Position numbers and translations under genes: made by a program. Shown in pieces: positions 1 through 7,661 of a DNA stretch of 20,000 nt. Source of the DNA: an uncultured virus (IMG/VR IMGVR_UViG_3300043430_000167) (lineage: Duplodnaviria; Heunggongvirae; Uroviricota; Caudoviricetes); the IMG/VR virus record IMGVR_UViG_3300043430_000167; one strand, written 5' to 3'. Within the stretch, counting starts at the first letter, position 1, and the number at the start of each line of letters is the position of its first letter. The notes beneath the pieces are model-generated. The model had not been told where the DNA came from. It was given only the letters and a program-made list of their open reading frames with translations, and made no database searches.

Positions 1-915
1 GGTCGGGACTTCGAAGCAGTATTTGAATCCTTCTGGGTTGTCAATTTCAAAAACAGAAGTAGCCCGTCCTGGACCAATGAGCTGATCCTTAGCGCGAGCA
101 TGAACAACATACTCCAACATTTTTCCACGACCTTCAGCTGTTCTATCGCGATAACTGAACGTCAAAGAGCTTGGGCGTTTCGCTGCAGAAAACGCGTACT
201 GAGCAAAATTGGCTGTTGATTCAATGAACGTGCTAAAACGTGTTCCTGAGCTGGGGCGCTTGTCTTCAGCTGAATCCCAGTGAGGCAGTTCATCTGCAAT
301 TACTTCAAGTTGGTTTTGCGTGCTTCTCCACCAATCTGATTCAAATTCTTTTTGCCTACGCGGTGCTTCGAACGTAATGACTTGAAAATCAGGAGTACCA
401 TTGCATTGGCGCTCGTGGAACGGGATATTTGCTTGTTCAAGCAGCGCTTTAATCCGAACGATTTTGCGTGCTTTTTTCAAGCGCATCGTACAACGCAGAG
501 TTTTGCTGCCAAAGTGCCCATCTGCAATTACGGCGACCATTACTCTCAAATCCGCATCGCTTAAATCGAGCACGTTATGTCCTCGAACAGAGAAGGTGCT
601 GCAGAACTTGGCGTTAAAATGGCCAGGGCCTTTTTGATGCAGTGCTGCTTTGTAATCGGATGCACTCATTACGTCGTATGATCCGTCTTGCTTATAGAAC
701 AGCACTCGATGCTCATGTGATAACCGTTGCGATGTACCTCGCACGGGAGCTATCGCTATCATTTTCGAGCAGGGGCGTTTCACGTATGCAATTGGCTCAA
801 TGAATTCTATTTCACGTGAGTCGGGGTAGAACTGAGCTACTTTGTCGCCATTTGAATAGGCGTCAATTCTTTTCCATCCGTTTGGCGTTAAGAACTCAGT
901 ATCAGCGCTCACGCA
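1..915 (-). mobile_element. Intein with LAGLIDADG-type homing endonuclease, inserted in the helicase Walker A motif (C-terminal end lies off-window)
   Basis: Block A CVSADTEFLTPNGWKRI (Cys codon 915-913), block B LSHEHRV, LAGLIDADG-like helices MVAVIADG and IADELPHWDS, block F FKYCFEVPT at the window edge. Confidence 0.9.
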
Positions 916-1041
916 CCCAGGGTCGCTCATATCGAAAACTTCGGGCTGAGTTCTCAGTAGCGCGAGACTTTGTTTCTGGTGCTTGAATAAACTTGGCACT
1001 GTGGAAGTGGGTTTGGCAGACCGGGCAGCCTTGGCGTTCAT
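1..1041 (-). CDS. SF2/SNF2-like DNA helicase, N-terminal part, intein-containing (continues beyond window start)
   Basis: My translation from ATG 1041 (AAAGGTG upstream) is open to position 1: MNAKAARSAKPTSTVPSLFKHQKQSLALLRTQPEVFDMSDPG|CVSADTEF... The LFKHQ Q-motif and DMSDPG (start of Walker A, expected to resume as TGKT) are typical of phage SF2 helicases. Missing from the ORF track because there is no stop in the window. Confidence 0.8.
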   Translation of the reverse strand, partial: MNAKAARSAKPTSTVPSLFKHQKQSLALLRTQPEVFDMSDPGCVSADTEFLTPNGWKRIDAYSNGDKVAQFYPDSREIEFIEPIAYVKRPCSKMIAIAPVRGTSQRLSHEHRVLFYKQDGSYDVMSASDYKAALHQKGPGHFNAKFCSTFSVRGHNVLDLSDADLRVMVAVIADGHFGSKTLRCTMRLKKARKIVRIKALLEQANIPFHERQCNGTPDFQVITFEAPRRQKEFESDWWRSTQNQLEVIADELPHWDSAEDKRPSSGTRFSTFIESTANFAQYAFSAAKRPSSLTFSYRDRTAEGRGKMLEYVVHARAKDQLIGPGRATSVFEIDNPEGFKYCFEVPT

Positions 1042-1098
1042 GAGTGGCACCTTTAGAGCAACGTGATTTACGAGCGTTAACTGCGAAGCATCTGGCGC

Positions 1099-1266
1099 TC
1101 ATGCGTCAGGGCCTTTGATCCATCCTTCGCGGATACAGCGCTCGTAAGCCTGTTGTGAGCGCTTGAGGTCTATGTACATCGTTGTTGAGATCACGACGAC
1201 TGCTAGTGCAAAGAGGACCGCCAGCAGCAGAAATACGCCGGCCAAAGTTGTGATGATGGTGATCAT
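1099..1266 (-). CDS. Small single-pass membrane protein (55 aa)
   Basis: AGGAG SD before ATG 1266; MITIITTLAGVFLLLAVLFALAVVVISTTM hydrophobic segment; sits tightly behind the upstream nuclease stop. Confidence 0.7.
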   Translation of the reverse strand: MITIITTLAGVFLLLAVLFALAVVVISTTMYIDLKRSQQAYERCIREGWIKGPDA

Positions 1267-1268
1267 TT

Positions 1269-1967
1269 TCAGACTCCTGATTTGCAGTGGCCCGTGCCGC
1301 CTGGTCCGTACGGACACCAGCGACAGCTGTGCTCATTTGGGTTTGGTTTGAAGTCCGTCGCGGATGTCATGCGAAGACCTCGTCTGTCGAAGTTCTTAAG
1401 GTATCTGAGGCCTTGTTCACGAGAGAGTGTCAGAGTCGTGATGTCGTCTGCGTCGAGATACCAGAGTTCTGCCGTCACCTTGGTGATCTTGTCGTTACGC
1501 AAGAGCATGGCCAGTGCATAGAGCTGCAGCTGTTCGGCGTGCTTGAGTTCGTTGCCGAACTTCTTGCCTGTTTTGTAATCAATCACCACAGCGTGTGTTG
1601 GGCTCAGCATGACGGATGCGTCCAGCTTCATACGAAGCCATCCCGTCTTCCAGTCGTGTGGGGTCCACAGATTGTTGAACGCCCAGTCTTCTTCCAATGT
1701 GGCTTGCTTGGCGAGGAACTTCTCGCGCAGGCTCTTGTATTCATCAGCGAACTTGTTCAGTTCTTTCGGCAAGGTCTTGATCTTGCCGCGGACAAAGTCT
1801 TCAGCCAGTTGGTGTATGGCTGTTCCACGTTCTGCGGCTGGACTGGGTCTTGGATCAGGGATGCGTTCCCCGTACTTGAGCCAGGCTTTGAAACGACAGC
1901 TTTCAAAGTCAATGAGGCGCGAGTAGGACCAGGACTTGATTGTTTGATTTGGGCGGGGCGCGTTCAT
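1269..1967 (-). CDS. PD-(D/E)XK nuclease, Cas4/RecB-like phage exonuclease
   Basis: WSYSRL..FESC, RGTAIH, KLD..VIDYKTG, QLQLY and C-terminal CRWC..C, giving the 1+3 Cys pattern of Fe-S-binding Cas4/AddB-type nucleases. Confidence 0.88.
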   Translation of the reverse strand: MNAPRPNQTIKSWSYSRLIDFESCRFKAWLKYGERIPDPRPSPAAERGTAIHQLAEDFVRGKIKTLPKELNKFADEYKSLREKFLAKQATLEEDWAFNNLWTPHDWKTGWLRMKLDASVMLSPTHAVVIDYKTGKKFGNELKHAEQLQLYALAMLLRNDKITKVTAELWYLDADDITTLTLSREQGLRYLKNFDRRGLRMTSATDFKPNPNEHSCRWCPYGPGGTGHCKSGV

Positions 1968-2467
1968 TTTAAGAGACCTTTCGATGCTTTTCGTTTTTGA
2001 TAACTGACTGCTTCTCGTTTACGCCGCTGTTCTCTTGCTTCACGACTTTCGTTTTTTACCCGTTTTGAGTCGCATGCTTTGCAGATCGTGGATTTTCCGG
2101 TTGTTCGTCTGTTGTCAGAAACGAAGTCATTGAGTGTTTTTTGTTGTTTGCACACATAGCATCTACAAACCCCGTTATTGGCTAAGCGTTTGTCTTTTGC
2201 GATGTTTTCTGTTAGAGGTATAACTTGCATATTTAAAAGATCGTAGTGGCCGTTGTTATCTATTCGATCAATAGAACATCTCTCGAAATCTCTCGCCATG
2301 AACCATTTAACAAAATCTTCTTTTGATACCAACACTTGAACGCCTTTATAGGATGCGTTCTTCGACGTACGGGTGTTTTTCACTCGGTGGCACATCATGT
2401 AATAACGTGCCAGCGCTCGATGTCTTCCGCCGATAATCTTGTGCCGATTGTCATTTTTGCTCGGCAT
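1964..2467 (-). CDS. HNH-type homing endonuclease with C-terminal zinc finger
   Basis: SIDRIDNNGHYDLLNMQVIPLTEN matches the phage HNH variant (SIDRIDN.G.Y...N); CYVC...CKAC zinc finger; more AT-rich than its neighbours. Confidence 0.8.
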   Translation of the reverse strand: MPSKNDNRHKIIGGRHRALARYYMMCHRVKNTRTSKNASYKGVQVLVSKEDFVKWFMARDFERCSIDRIDNNGHYDLLNMQVIPLTENIAKDKRLANNGVCRCYVCKQQKTLNDFVSDNRRTTGKSTICKACDSKRVKNESREAREQRRKREAVSYQKRKASKGLLK

Positions 2468-2469
2468 GT

Positions 2470-2910
2470 TTAACGGCCTGTATGGCCGAAGCCGCCAGCG
2501 CCACGTTCAGTTGAACTGAGTTCGTCGACTACTTCAAAGACCGCCTGTTGGATGGGCAGGATCATGGCTTGGGCGATGCGGTCGCCGTGTTTGATGTGAA
2601 GGCCGCAATCAGGTGTGTCTACTGTGAGTTTCACTTTCACTTCACCGCGGTAATCGCTGTCAATCACACCAACGCAGTTGGCCAGACGCACACCGTAGTT
2701 GAACCCGTGGCCACTGCGGCTAAAGACCAGCATGACGTGATCTTGAGGAACTTCGAACGCCAGGCCTGTGGCGATAACATCAGGCGCGTATTGACCCACA
2801 TGGTATGTTGCACTCAATGAGAGGGCATGTAGGTCAAAGCACGCTGCACCGGGTGTTGCATAGGTAGGAATGATTGCTTCGGGGTGCAGCTTCTTGATTT
2901 TGACTTGCAT
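2470..2910 (-). CDS. dut: dUTP diphosphatase (trimeric dUTPase)
   Basis: All five motifs present: AACFDL, SRSG, GVIDSDYRGE, GDRIAQ, RGAGGFGHTG; GAGG SD upstream. Confidence 0.97.
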   Translation of the reverse strand: MQVKIKKLHPEAIIPTYATPGAACFDLHALSLSATYHVGQYAPDVIATGLAFEVPQDHVMLVFSRSGHGFNYGVRLANCVGVIDSDYRGEVKVKLTVDTPDCGLHIKHGDRIAQAMILPIQQAVFEVVDELSSTERGAGGFGHTGR

Positions 2911-3147
2911 GACTTTGTCCTCGTTAAAGTTGAAGTGAGTGGGCGACTAGGAACCCCTGATCCGACACAACTGTCCTTGCTTTCATCGGCACCTTTATCC
3001 GAATGCACGGAGGTACAAGGTAAGGCGATTCAGTGTGCTTAACCCACAAAGCAGCGCCCTTCTCCGGCCGGAACGGCTACCGTGCAAGTCTGTTTGGTCT
3101 CTTGCGGATTCCAAGGCCAGTATGCAACTCGCCAAAAGGGTGCTGCT

Positions 3148-3183
3148 TTGTAGGTGCTGGTTTCTTTCCCACCAGCAAAGTCA
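3148..3183. repeat. 36-nt repeat copy A, TTGTAGGTGCTGGTTTCTTTCCCACCAGCAAAGTCA
   Basis: Identical to 3378-3413; internal hairpin GCTGG/CCAGC. Confidence 0.95.
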
Positions 3184-3377
3184 TGTGGGTGACCTATTCA
3201 TCATCGAGGTGCTTCCTCAGATTGGCATAATTGTCGATTAGCTCAGTCTCGCAGGCATGCCCTGCGAAACATAGTTACAGCGTCCTGTAACGATCCTCTT
3301 TTACCCACAAGTCAAGCGCACTGGTCGCTACTCCAGTTGTCGGCATTCCGACGCACGCCTGCGTCTTCTGCGCTTGC

Positions 3378-3413
3378 TTGTAGGTGCTGGTTTCTTTCCC
3401 ACCAGCAAAGTCA
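3378..3413. repeat. 36-nt repeat copy B
   Basis: Identical to 3148-3183, 230 nt apart. Confidence 0.95.
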
Positions 3414-3458
3414 CCGATTCATGAGACTTGCGCTTTCGGTTAGCGAGTACGCCCGCTC

Positions 3459-3494
3459 ATGTGGGGGCAGGTTTCTTCCCAGCCTGCAAAGCCA
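3459..3494. repeat. 36-nt repeat copy C (diverged)
   Basis: ATGTGGGGGCAGGTTTCTTCCCAGCCTGCAAAGCCA; stem changed to GCAGG/CCTGC, a compensatory pair relative to copies A and B. Confidence 0.85.
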
Positions 3495-3586
3495 TGTGGG
3501 CACATCTAATTAGATGGATCTAGCCCTACCCACAGAACTGCATCCGAATGCCGCAAGTCGACATTATTGGCACTCAGTTGCAGTTC

Positions 3587-3614
3587 TGTAGGTGCTGGGG
3601 AGACGGCCAGCACC
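3587..3614. repeat. Partial repeat copy D
   Basis: TGTAGGTGCTGG-ggagacgg-CCAGCACC; same stem and flank, different loop. Confidence 0.75.
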
Positions 3615-3656
3615 GTTGTTGGTATTTGATCTACATAGCTAGCCCCCTCCGTGTTG

Positions 3657-4184
3657 TTAAGTCAGAGAATCGAAAAGTTCGAAGAGGTGCAGAACCTGGT
3701 CTTTAGCATCGTCGAGCGCGTTGTGGTGTGTGCCACTCCGCGTCATCTTGATGCTTGGGTTCATGTTCTTGAGTGTGCGATAGCAGCGGTTGTTGTAGAA
3801 CATCCACGGCTGTTCGATACCGCAATTGCGTAACGCGCTGCCCAGGATCACGTTGTCGAAGTCAGCCCCGTTACCCCATACAACCATGTCCTTCTTGACT
3901 GCGCAGCCGAGAGCGAAGTGCATGAACGCGATGAGTGCGTCCGGCATGGTCTCGCCTTTACGTTGGAACGCAGCCCGTGCCTCGTCGCTCTGCTGCATCC
4001 ACCAGAGTACCGTGCTCGGGTCCATAGCTCCGCCGTATTCAACAGCGGATGCAAGGTCGATGACTTTGTAGAACTCCTTGCCGAGTTTCATCTTGACCGG
4101 GTCGAATTCCACAGCGCCGATGGCGATGATGGCTGCATTGGGTGTGTTACCCATGGTCTCCAGGTCGATCATGAGGTTCTTCAT
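3657..4184 (-). CDS. DEDDh 3'-5' exonuclease (RNase T/Rv2179c-like phage family)
   Basis: ExoI MIDLETMG, ExoII WGNGADFD, ExoIII HHNALDDA. Confidence 0.92.
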   Translation of the reverse strand: MKNLMIDLETMGNTPNAAIIAIGAVEFDPVKMKLGKEFYKVIDLASAVEYGGAMDPSTVLWWMQQSDEARAAFQRKGETMPDALIAFMHFALGCAVKKDMVVWGNGADFDNVILGSALRNCGIEQPWMFYNNRCYRTLKNMNPSIKMTRSGTHHNALDDAKDQVLHLFELFDSLT

Positions 4185-4330
4185 TTCTTTTCCCTTTTAG
4201 CGAGTTTGCGCATATGCCCGTCATGACAGACGAGGTATTCCGTGTCGTCGATGATGCGGATCTTCACGATGGTCAGACCGAAGTCTGTTGCCCATTTGCG
4301 CATGAGATGCGCCTTGAGTTTGGTCAGCAT
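4181..4330 (-). CDS. Hypothetical protein (49 aa)
   Basis: MLTKLKAHLMRKWATDFGLTIVKIRIIDDTEYLVCHDGHMRKLAKREKK; fills the gap and has an ATGA overlap with the exonuclease start. Confidence 0.7.
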   Translation of the reverse strand: MLTKLKAHLMRKWATDFGLTIVKIRIIDDTEYLVCHDGHMRKLAKREKK

Positions 4331-4333
4331 GGT

Positions 4334-4705
4334 TCAGAGCACCAACAAGGTCGGTTGATGTTCATTTTCATACCACGACCAACCGATGCAATTGCCCGGC
4401 TCATCGTCTAGATATTGAGTCAGCCAATTGATGAAATGACTAATCTCATCGTCGTAGTTTTTCAAATCACTGCGACTGAAGATGTACCCGTCGGCATATC
4501 GGCTGTTCGTCCACGGCACGTGGTAGTAGCTGTTCGAACGTCCAAGGGCCTGCCAGCGATCACACTTAAAGAATTGATGATCAGGCCATGTTTCTGGAGC
4601 AGGTTCCCCCGCGTCGTTAAACATGAAGTTCAAAATTGCCTCGACGTTGTCAGGGATTATTGATTTCACACGTGCTTTGAGCACAAGTTCTGTGTAGCTT
4701 CCCAT
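4334..4705 (-). CDS. Hypothetical phage protein (123 aa)
   Basis: Start reassigned to ATG 4705 (MGSYTELVLKA...), immediately after the primase stop. Confidence 0.75.
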   Translation of the reverse strand: MGSYTELVLKARVKSIIPDNVEAILNFMFNDAGEPAPETWPDHQFFKCDRWQALGRSNSYYHVPWTNSRYADGYIFSRSDLKNYDDEISHFINWLTQYLDDEPGNCIGWSWYENEHQPTLLVL

Positions 4706-4706
4706 T

Positions 4707-7103
4707 TCATTTAACCCTCTTGAGTGTTTGACGTTGTGTTGTGGGCATGAGTGCCTTGCGTTCACGAGATGGCGTCTGCCATTCAATTTCTAATCCATAG
4801 AACGCGCCGTTATCCACCTTCATCTTTTTTGTGCTGATGCCATGGTGACGAAGCATGCTTGTGAGCTTGTTCGGACTACGTGGTGTGCCGCCACAGCAGT
4901 GCTCGAAGATCACACCCAGCTCGTCACGTGTAGCGCGGGTTATGGCTTCCTCGCTCCAGCGTTTCATCAAGGCTGCATACCCACGGGCGATCATGTTCTG
5001 GTCACCCATCTCCATCAGCAGGTTCTCGTCTGGCATGCAGCTGTGTAGTTGCTCAAAGTCCCCTGTGAGCAACGCACGTGCTGTTTCGTCGATGCTGGTG
5101 AGTGACAGCTCTTGAACCTTTGCTTTCGCCTCGGTCATCAGTGCTGTAGTTGCCGTGGTGACGCATGCTTTGCGCGTCATCAGGTAGTGAGTAAATGCAC
5201 CCAACTCGCTTTGGAGTTTCTTGATGAATTCAACCGGGGTTATGCTGTAGCGCGTGCTCAGCATTTCTTTGAGCATGACTGTCTGGTAATCACCCACGTT
5301 GTAGCGACGATCATTCGGCGGGATGCGTACGGGCTGTGGCCTGTTTGCACTCATGATGATCATGGTGTAGCTACGGACTTCCTTTGCCGCCTCACGCATG
5401 CGCCTGACGCTGAACGTAGGCTCTGTCACCATGTTGCGGAGCATGCCTTCAGTGCTCTTGTTCGTCAGAGCGTCTGCTTCTATTTCGTCGATGAAGCCAA
5501 TGAGAGCGCGTTCAATCCATTCGTTGAATTGATCTTCAAGCTGACCAGCTGGTTTGATGGCGACGTAGTGGCCCAGGATTCCTCTGAGCACGACGTTGAC
5601 CAAGATCCCTTTCCCTGTGCCTTCTATGCCGTGTAACACCCATGCAGTACCCGGCTTTTCACGTTTTTGAAACACCACAGCCAGGTGGTTCAAGAAGTGC
5701 TCAACACAATCCTTGTTCCCTCCGAGGACATGTTCGATCAGTGCTCTGACGCTATCCCACGACTTGCCTACATACTCTGTGTGACAACGTAAGAGTGGCG
5801 GACAAATGAAAGTGTTGATGGTTTTGCCTTCAACATTCACCACGATGTCTGACTGTGGGTCGAAGGTGATTTCCCATGTCGGGATGAATGGCCCTGGGTT
5901 CCTGCCATGGCTCAACACCCAGTCGTTGAGTGCGTCCTTGCTCTTGACTCGTTTGAGCCAGAGCTGATGAGCTTCTGCGTTCCAGAGACAGCTGTAATAC
6001 TCACTGTCTTCGCTGTTGCGGAACGCCAGCATCACATCGCCGTCTTCAGAGACTGAGGCGAGGTCGCCTTTCAGTTCACGTGTCAGCTCTGCGTAACGCT
6101 CAGGCATCACTTCCTTCATGAGCATTGAATCTTCGCCCTTGAAGTTGTGGATGAGTTCGAAGTTGTTGCGTGGATGGTAGTAAGCGCGAGAGTCACCCAT
6201 GGTGCCGTCAGTGCGCATGAAATTGTAGTAGATGAACTCACTATCAAGGCTATCGAATACTTCGTAGCCGTTAACTTCCCCCAGGCCTTTCTGAATTGTG
6301 TATTCGCCTTGCTGTGTGCTCTTTGTTGCGATCTTCTTCATTCCAGCAGCTTCACGCAGCTGGTTCCAGATCTCGCGTTTTTCCTTGGTCAACGCATCCA
6401 GTGCTTTGAGTGCGATGCGTGTGTGGGGCAGGGTGGCCAGTGATTTCTTTACGAGCTTCAGCCGGTCACTGGTTTTGATCGGACTGGTCATGTTCACGAA
6501 GATCGGCTCTGCGATGTAGAGCAGGCGGTCGTTCTGACAGAGTGTGATGTCCAAGCTGAAGTGCAGTCCTGATCCGGCAGAGTTTGTCAGAGTCAGTGCG
6601 TTGCGCAACGGCTTCAATGTGAAGTTGCTGTACATCAGCCAGGCTTTGAGCTGGCTCGGTTGCATGGCTTTGTCGAGCATGCAGATGATGTGACAGCTGA
6701 GGGTTTTGTCCTTGGGATTGAGCTTGTAGCTGGAGCTGTACTGGATGATGTAGCTCACATCATCGAGCTTCATGGCCAGCATGAACTCTTCAGGACTGCT
6801 GAATGGCGCTTTGTCCAGGTCGAAGCAGACCCATGTTGTGTTGGTGTTACTGCTGGTTGATCCAGCACGTGACTCGTTTCTGAGTTCCCGCTGGATAGTG
6901 CCTTTGAGCAGGCATGGCTTGGCCGGGTCATTCACAGCCGCCTGGATGACTTCAAACATGTCGTTGAGAGACTTCACCGTGTGAGTCTTGCTGGTGAAGT
7001 TGGCTACATGAGGGTAGCTGTCTTTCGTGATTGAACCATCACGGTTCTTCACTATCCGCTTGGTCAGCGGCACAGAAGCGTAAAGAAAGGTGAGTTTGAT
7101 CAT
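4707..7103 (-). CDS. Primase-helicase (N-terminal prim-pol-like domain, C-terminal SF3 / NrS-1-like helicase)
   Basis: N-terminal CFDLD and SCH motifs; C-terminal Walker A GIEGTGKG, Walker B FIDEIE, motif C MSAN, arginine finger DRRY. Confidence 0.85.
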   Translation of the reverse strand: MIKLTFLYASVPLTKRIVKNRDGSITKDSYPHVANFTSKTHTVKSLNDMFEVIQAAVNDPAKPCLLKGTIQRELRNESRAGSTSSNTNTTWVCFDLDKAPFSSPEEFMLAMKLDDVSYIIQYSSSYKLNPKDKTLSCHIICMLDKAMQPSQLKAWLMYSNFTLKPLRNALTLTNSAGSGLHFSLDITLCQNDRLLYIAEPIFVNMTSPIKTSDRLKLVKKSLATLPHTRIALKALDALTKEKREIWNQLREAAGMKKIATKSTQQGEYTIQKGLGEVNGYEVFDSLDSEFIYYNFMRTDGTMGDSRAYYHPRNNFELIHNFKGEDSMLMKEVMPERYAELTRELKGDLASVSEDGDVMLAFRNSEDSEYYSCLWNAEAHQLWLKRVKSKDALNDWVLSHGRNPGPFIPTWEITFDPQSDIVVNVEGKTINTFICPPLLRCHTEYVGKSWDSVRALIEHVLGGNKDCVEHFLNHLAVVFQKREKPGTAWVLHGIEGTGKGILVNVVLRGILGHYVAIKPAGQLEDQFNEWIERALIGFIDEIEADALTNKSTEGMLRNMVTEPTFSVRRMREAAKEVRSYTMIIMSANRPQPVRIPPNDRRYNVGDYQTVMLKEMLSTRYSITPVEFIKKLQSELGAFTHYLMTRKACVTTATTALMTEAKAKVQELSLTSIDETARALLTGDFEQLHSCMPDENLLMEMGDQNMIARGYAALMKRWSEEAITRATRDELGVIFEHCCGGTPRSPNKLTSMLRHHGISTKKMKVDNGAFYGLEIEWQTPSRERKALMPTTQRQTLKRVK

Positions 7104-7128
7104 GGGAGTCTCTCAGCGCGAGGTTCGT

Positions 7129-7158
7129 ACTCTGACAGAAAGCATCAGAGAGTGTCAA
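7129..7158 (-). promoter_or_regulatory. Putative sigma70-like promoter/operator for the primase-helicase operon
   Basis: Minus strand TTGACA-N17-TCAGAGT (TG-extended -10 like), overlapping the repeated ACTCTGACAGA motif. Confidence 0.55.
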
Positions 7159-7190
7159 ACAAGAAAAGTGGGGACAGAGTTGGGTGAGGG

Positions 7191-7406
7191 TTAGTAGTTT
7201 CCGTCAGCCAGTATTCTTACATTTGGCTCTTTTACTGGGAAATGTTCAAAGTCCGCAGCTTTGGCTGTTGGTTTTAATCCAACTTTTACCAGTTCATTGT
7301 TCAAAAGATTTGCAGCTTCTTCTTTTGTTTTTGTTTTTGCTGCAACCACGGCTGATGTTCCTACAGGGTAGAAGCCTTCAAATTTGGTATTGATCCAGGT
7401 TTTCAT
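7191..7406 (-). CDS. Hypothetical protein (71 aa)
   Basis: ORF track; ATGA overlap with the upstream gene. Confidence 0.75.
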   Translation of the reverse strand: MKTWINTKFEGFYPVGTSAVVAAKTKTKEEAANLLNNELVKVGLKPTAKAADFEHFPVKEPNVRILADGNY

Positions 7407-7627
7407 TTCAAGTGCTCCAAGACATTCAGTGCGCGGATGTGATTCTCTTGGTTATTTCGTAGAGGATTCATCTTGTTGTGCAGGACAGCCACGCATTCGA
7501 GTAAATAGGGCATGAGTTCGTATGCGTGTCGGGTAAACGTCTGGCTCAGGTTGTATCTTATTCCCGGTTCCCATTCACTTCGAAGAAGCTCTTCATAGGC
7601 TGTGCGTAAGGCGTCGATTTTGGTCAT
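7403..7627 (-). CDS. Hypothetical protein (~74 aa)
   Basis: ORF track 7403-7639; ATG 7627 (MTKID) preferred as start. Confidence 0.65.
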   Translation of the reverse strand: MTKIDALRTAYEELLRSEWEPGIRYNLSQTFTRHAYELMPYLLECVAVLHNKMNPLRNNQENHIRALNVLEHLK

Positions 7628-7661
7628 TTTTAACCCCAAAAATATTAGAACCAGATTGGAA

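Larger units (their letters stand above)
2911..3656 (-). ncRNA. Putative structured non-coding RNA array (four related hairpin units, each followed by a stem-closed domain)
   Basis: No credible ORF in ~750 nt of an otherwise gene-dense operon; long stems 3042-3061/3136-3155, 3303-3320/3369-3385 and 3528-3542/3579-3593; the terminal ACCUAC/GUGGGU pairs form with a G-U wobble only on the minus strand. Confidence 0.65.

Noticed and set aside
902..1102. 66-aa minus-strand ORF with an ATGA overlap
   Set aside because: Overlaps the helicase/intein frame for 140 nt and has no recognisable features; probably spurious, though short translation cannot be excluded.
3148..3614. CRISPR array (36-nt hairpin repeats, Cas4-like gene nearby)
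   Set aside because: Inter-repeat distances are irregular (194, 45, ~92 nt), the intervening sequences are self-structured and pair with the repeat end, and there are no cas1/cas2 or effector genes.
2911..3656. Canonical tRNA cluster, retron msr-msd, or hammerhead ribozyme
   Set aside because: No GTTCGA T-loop with a CCA end in a tRNA layout, no reverse transcriptase in the window, and no hammerhead core that I could place.
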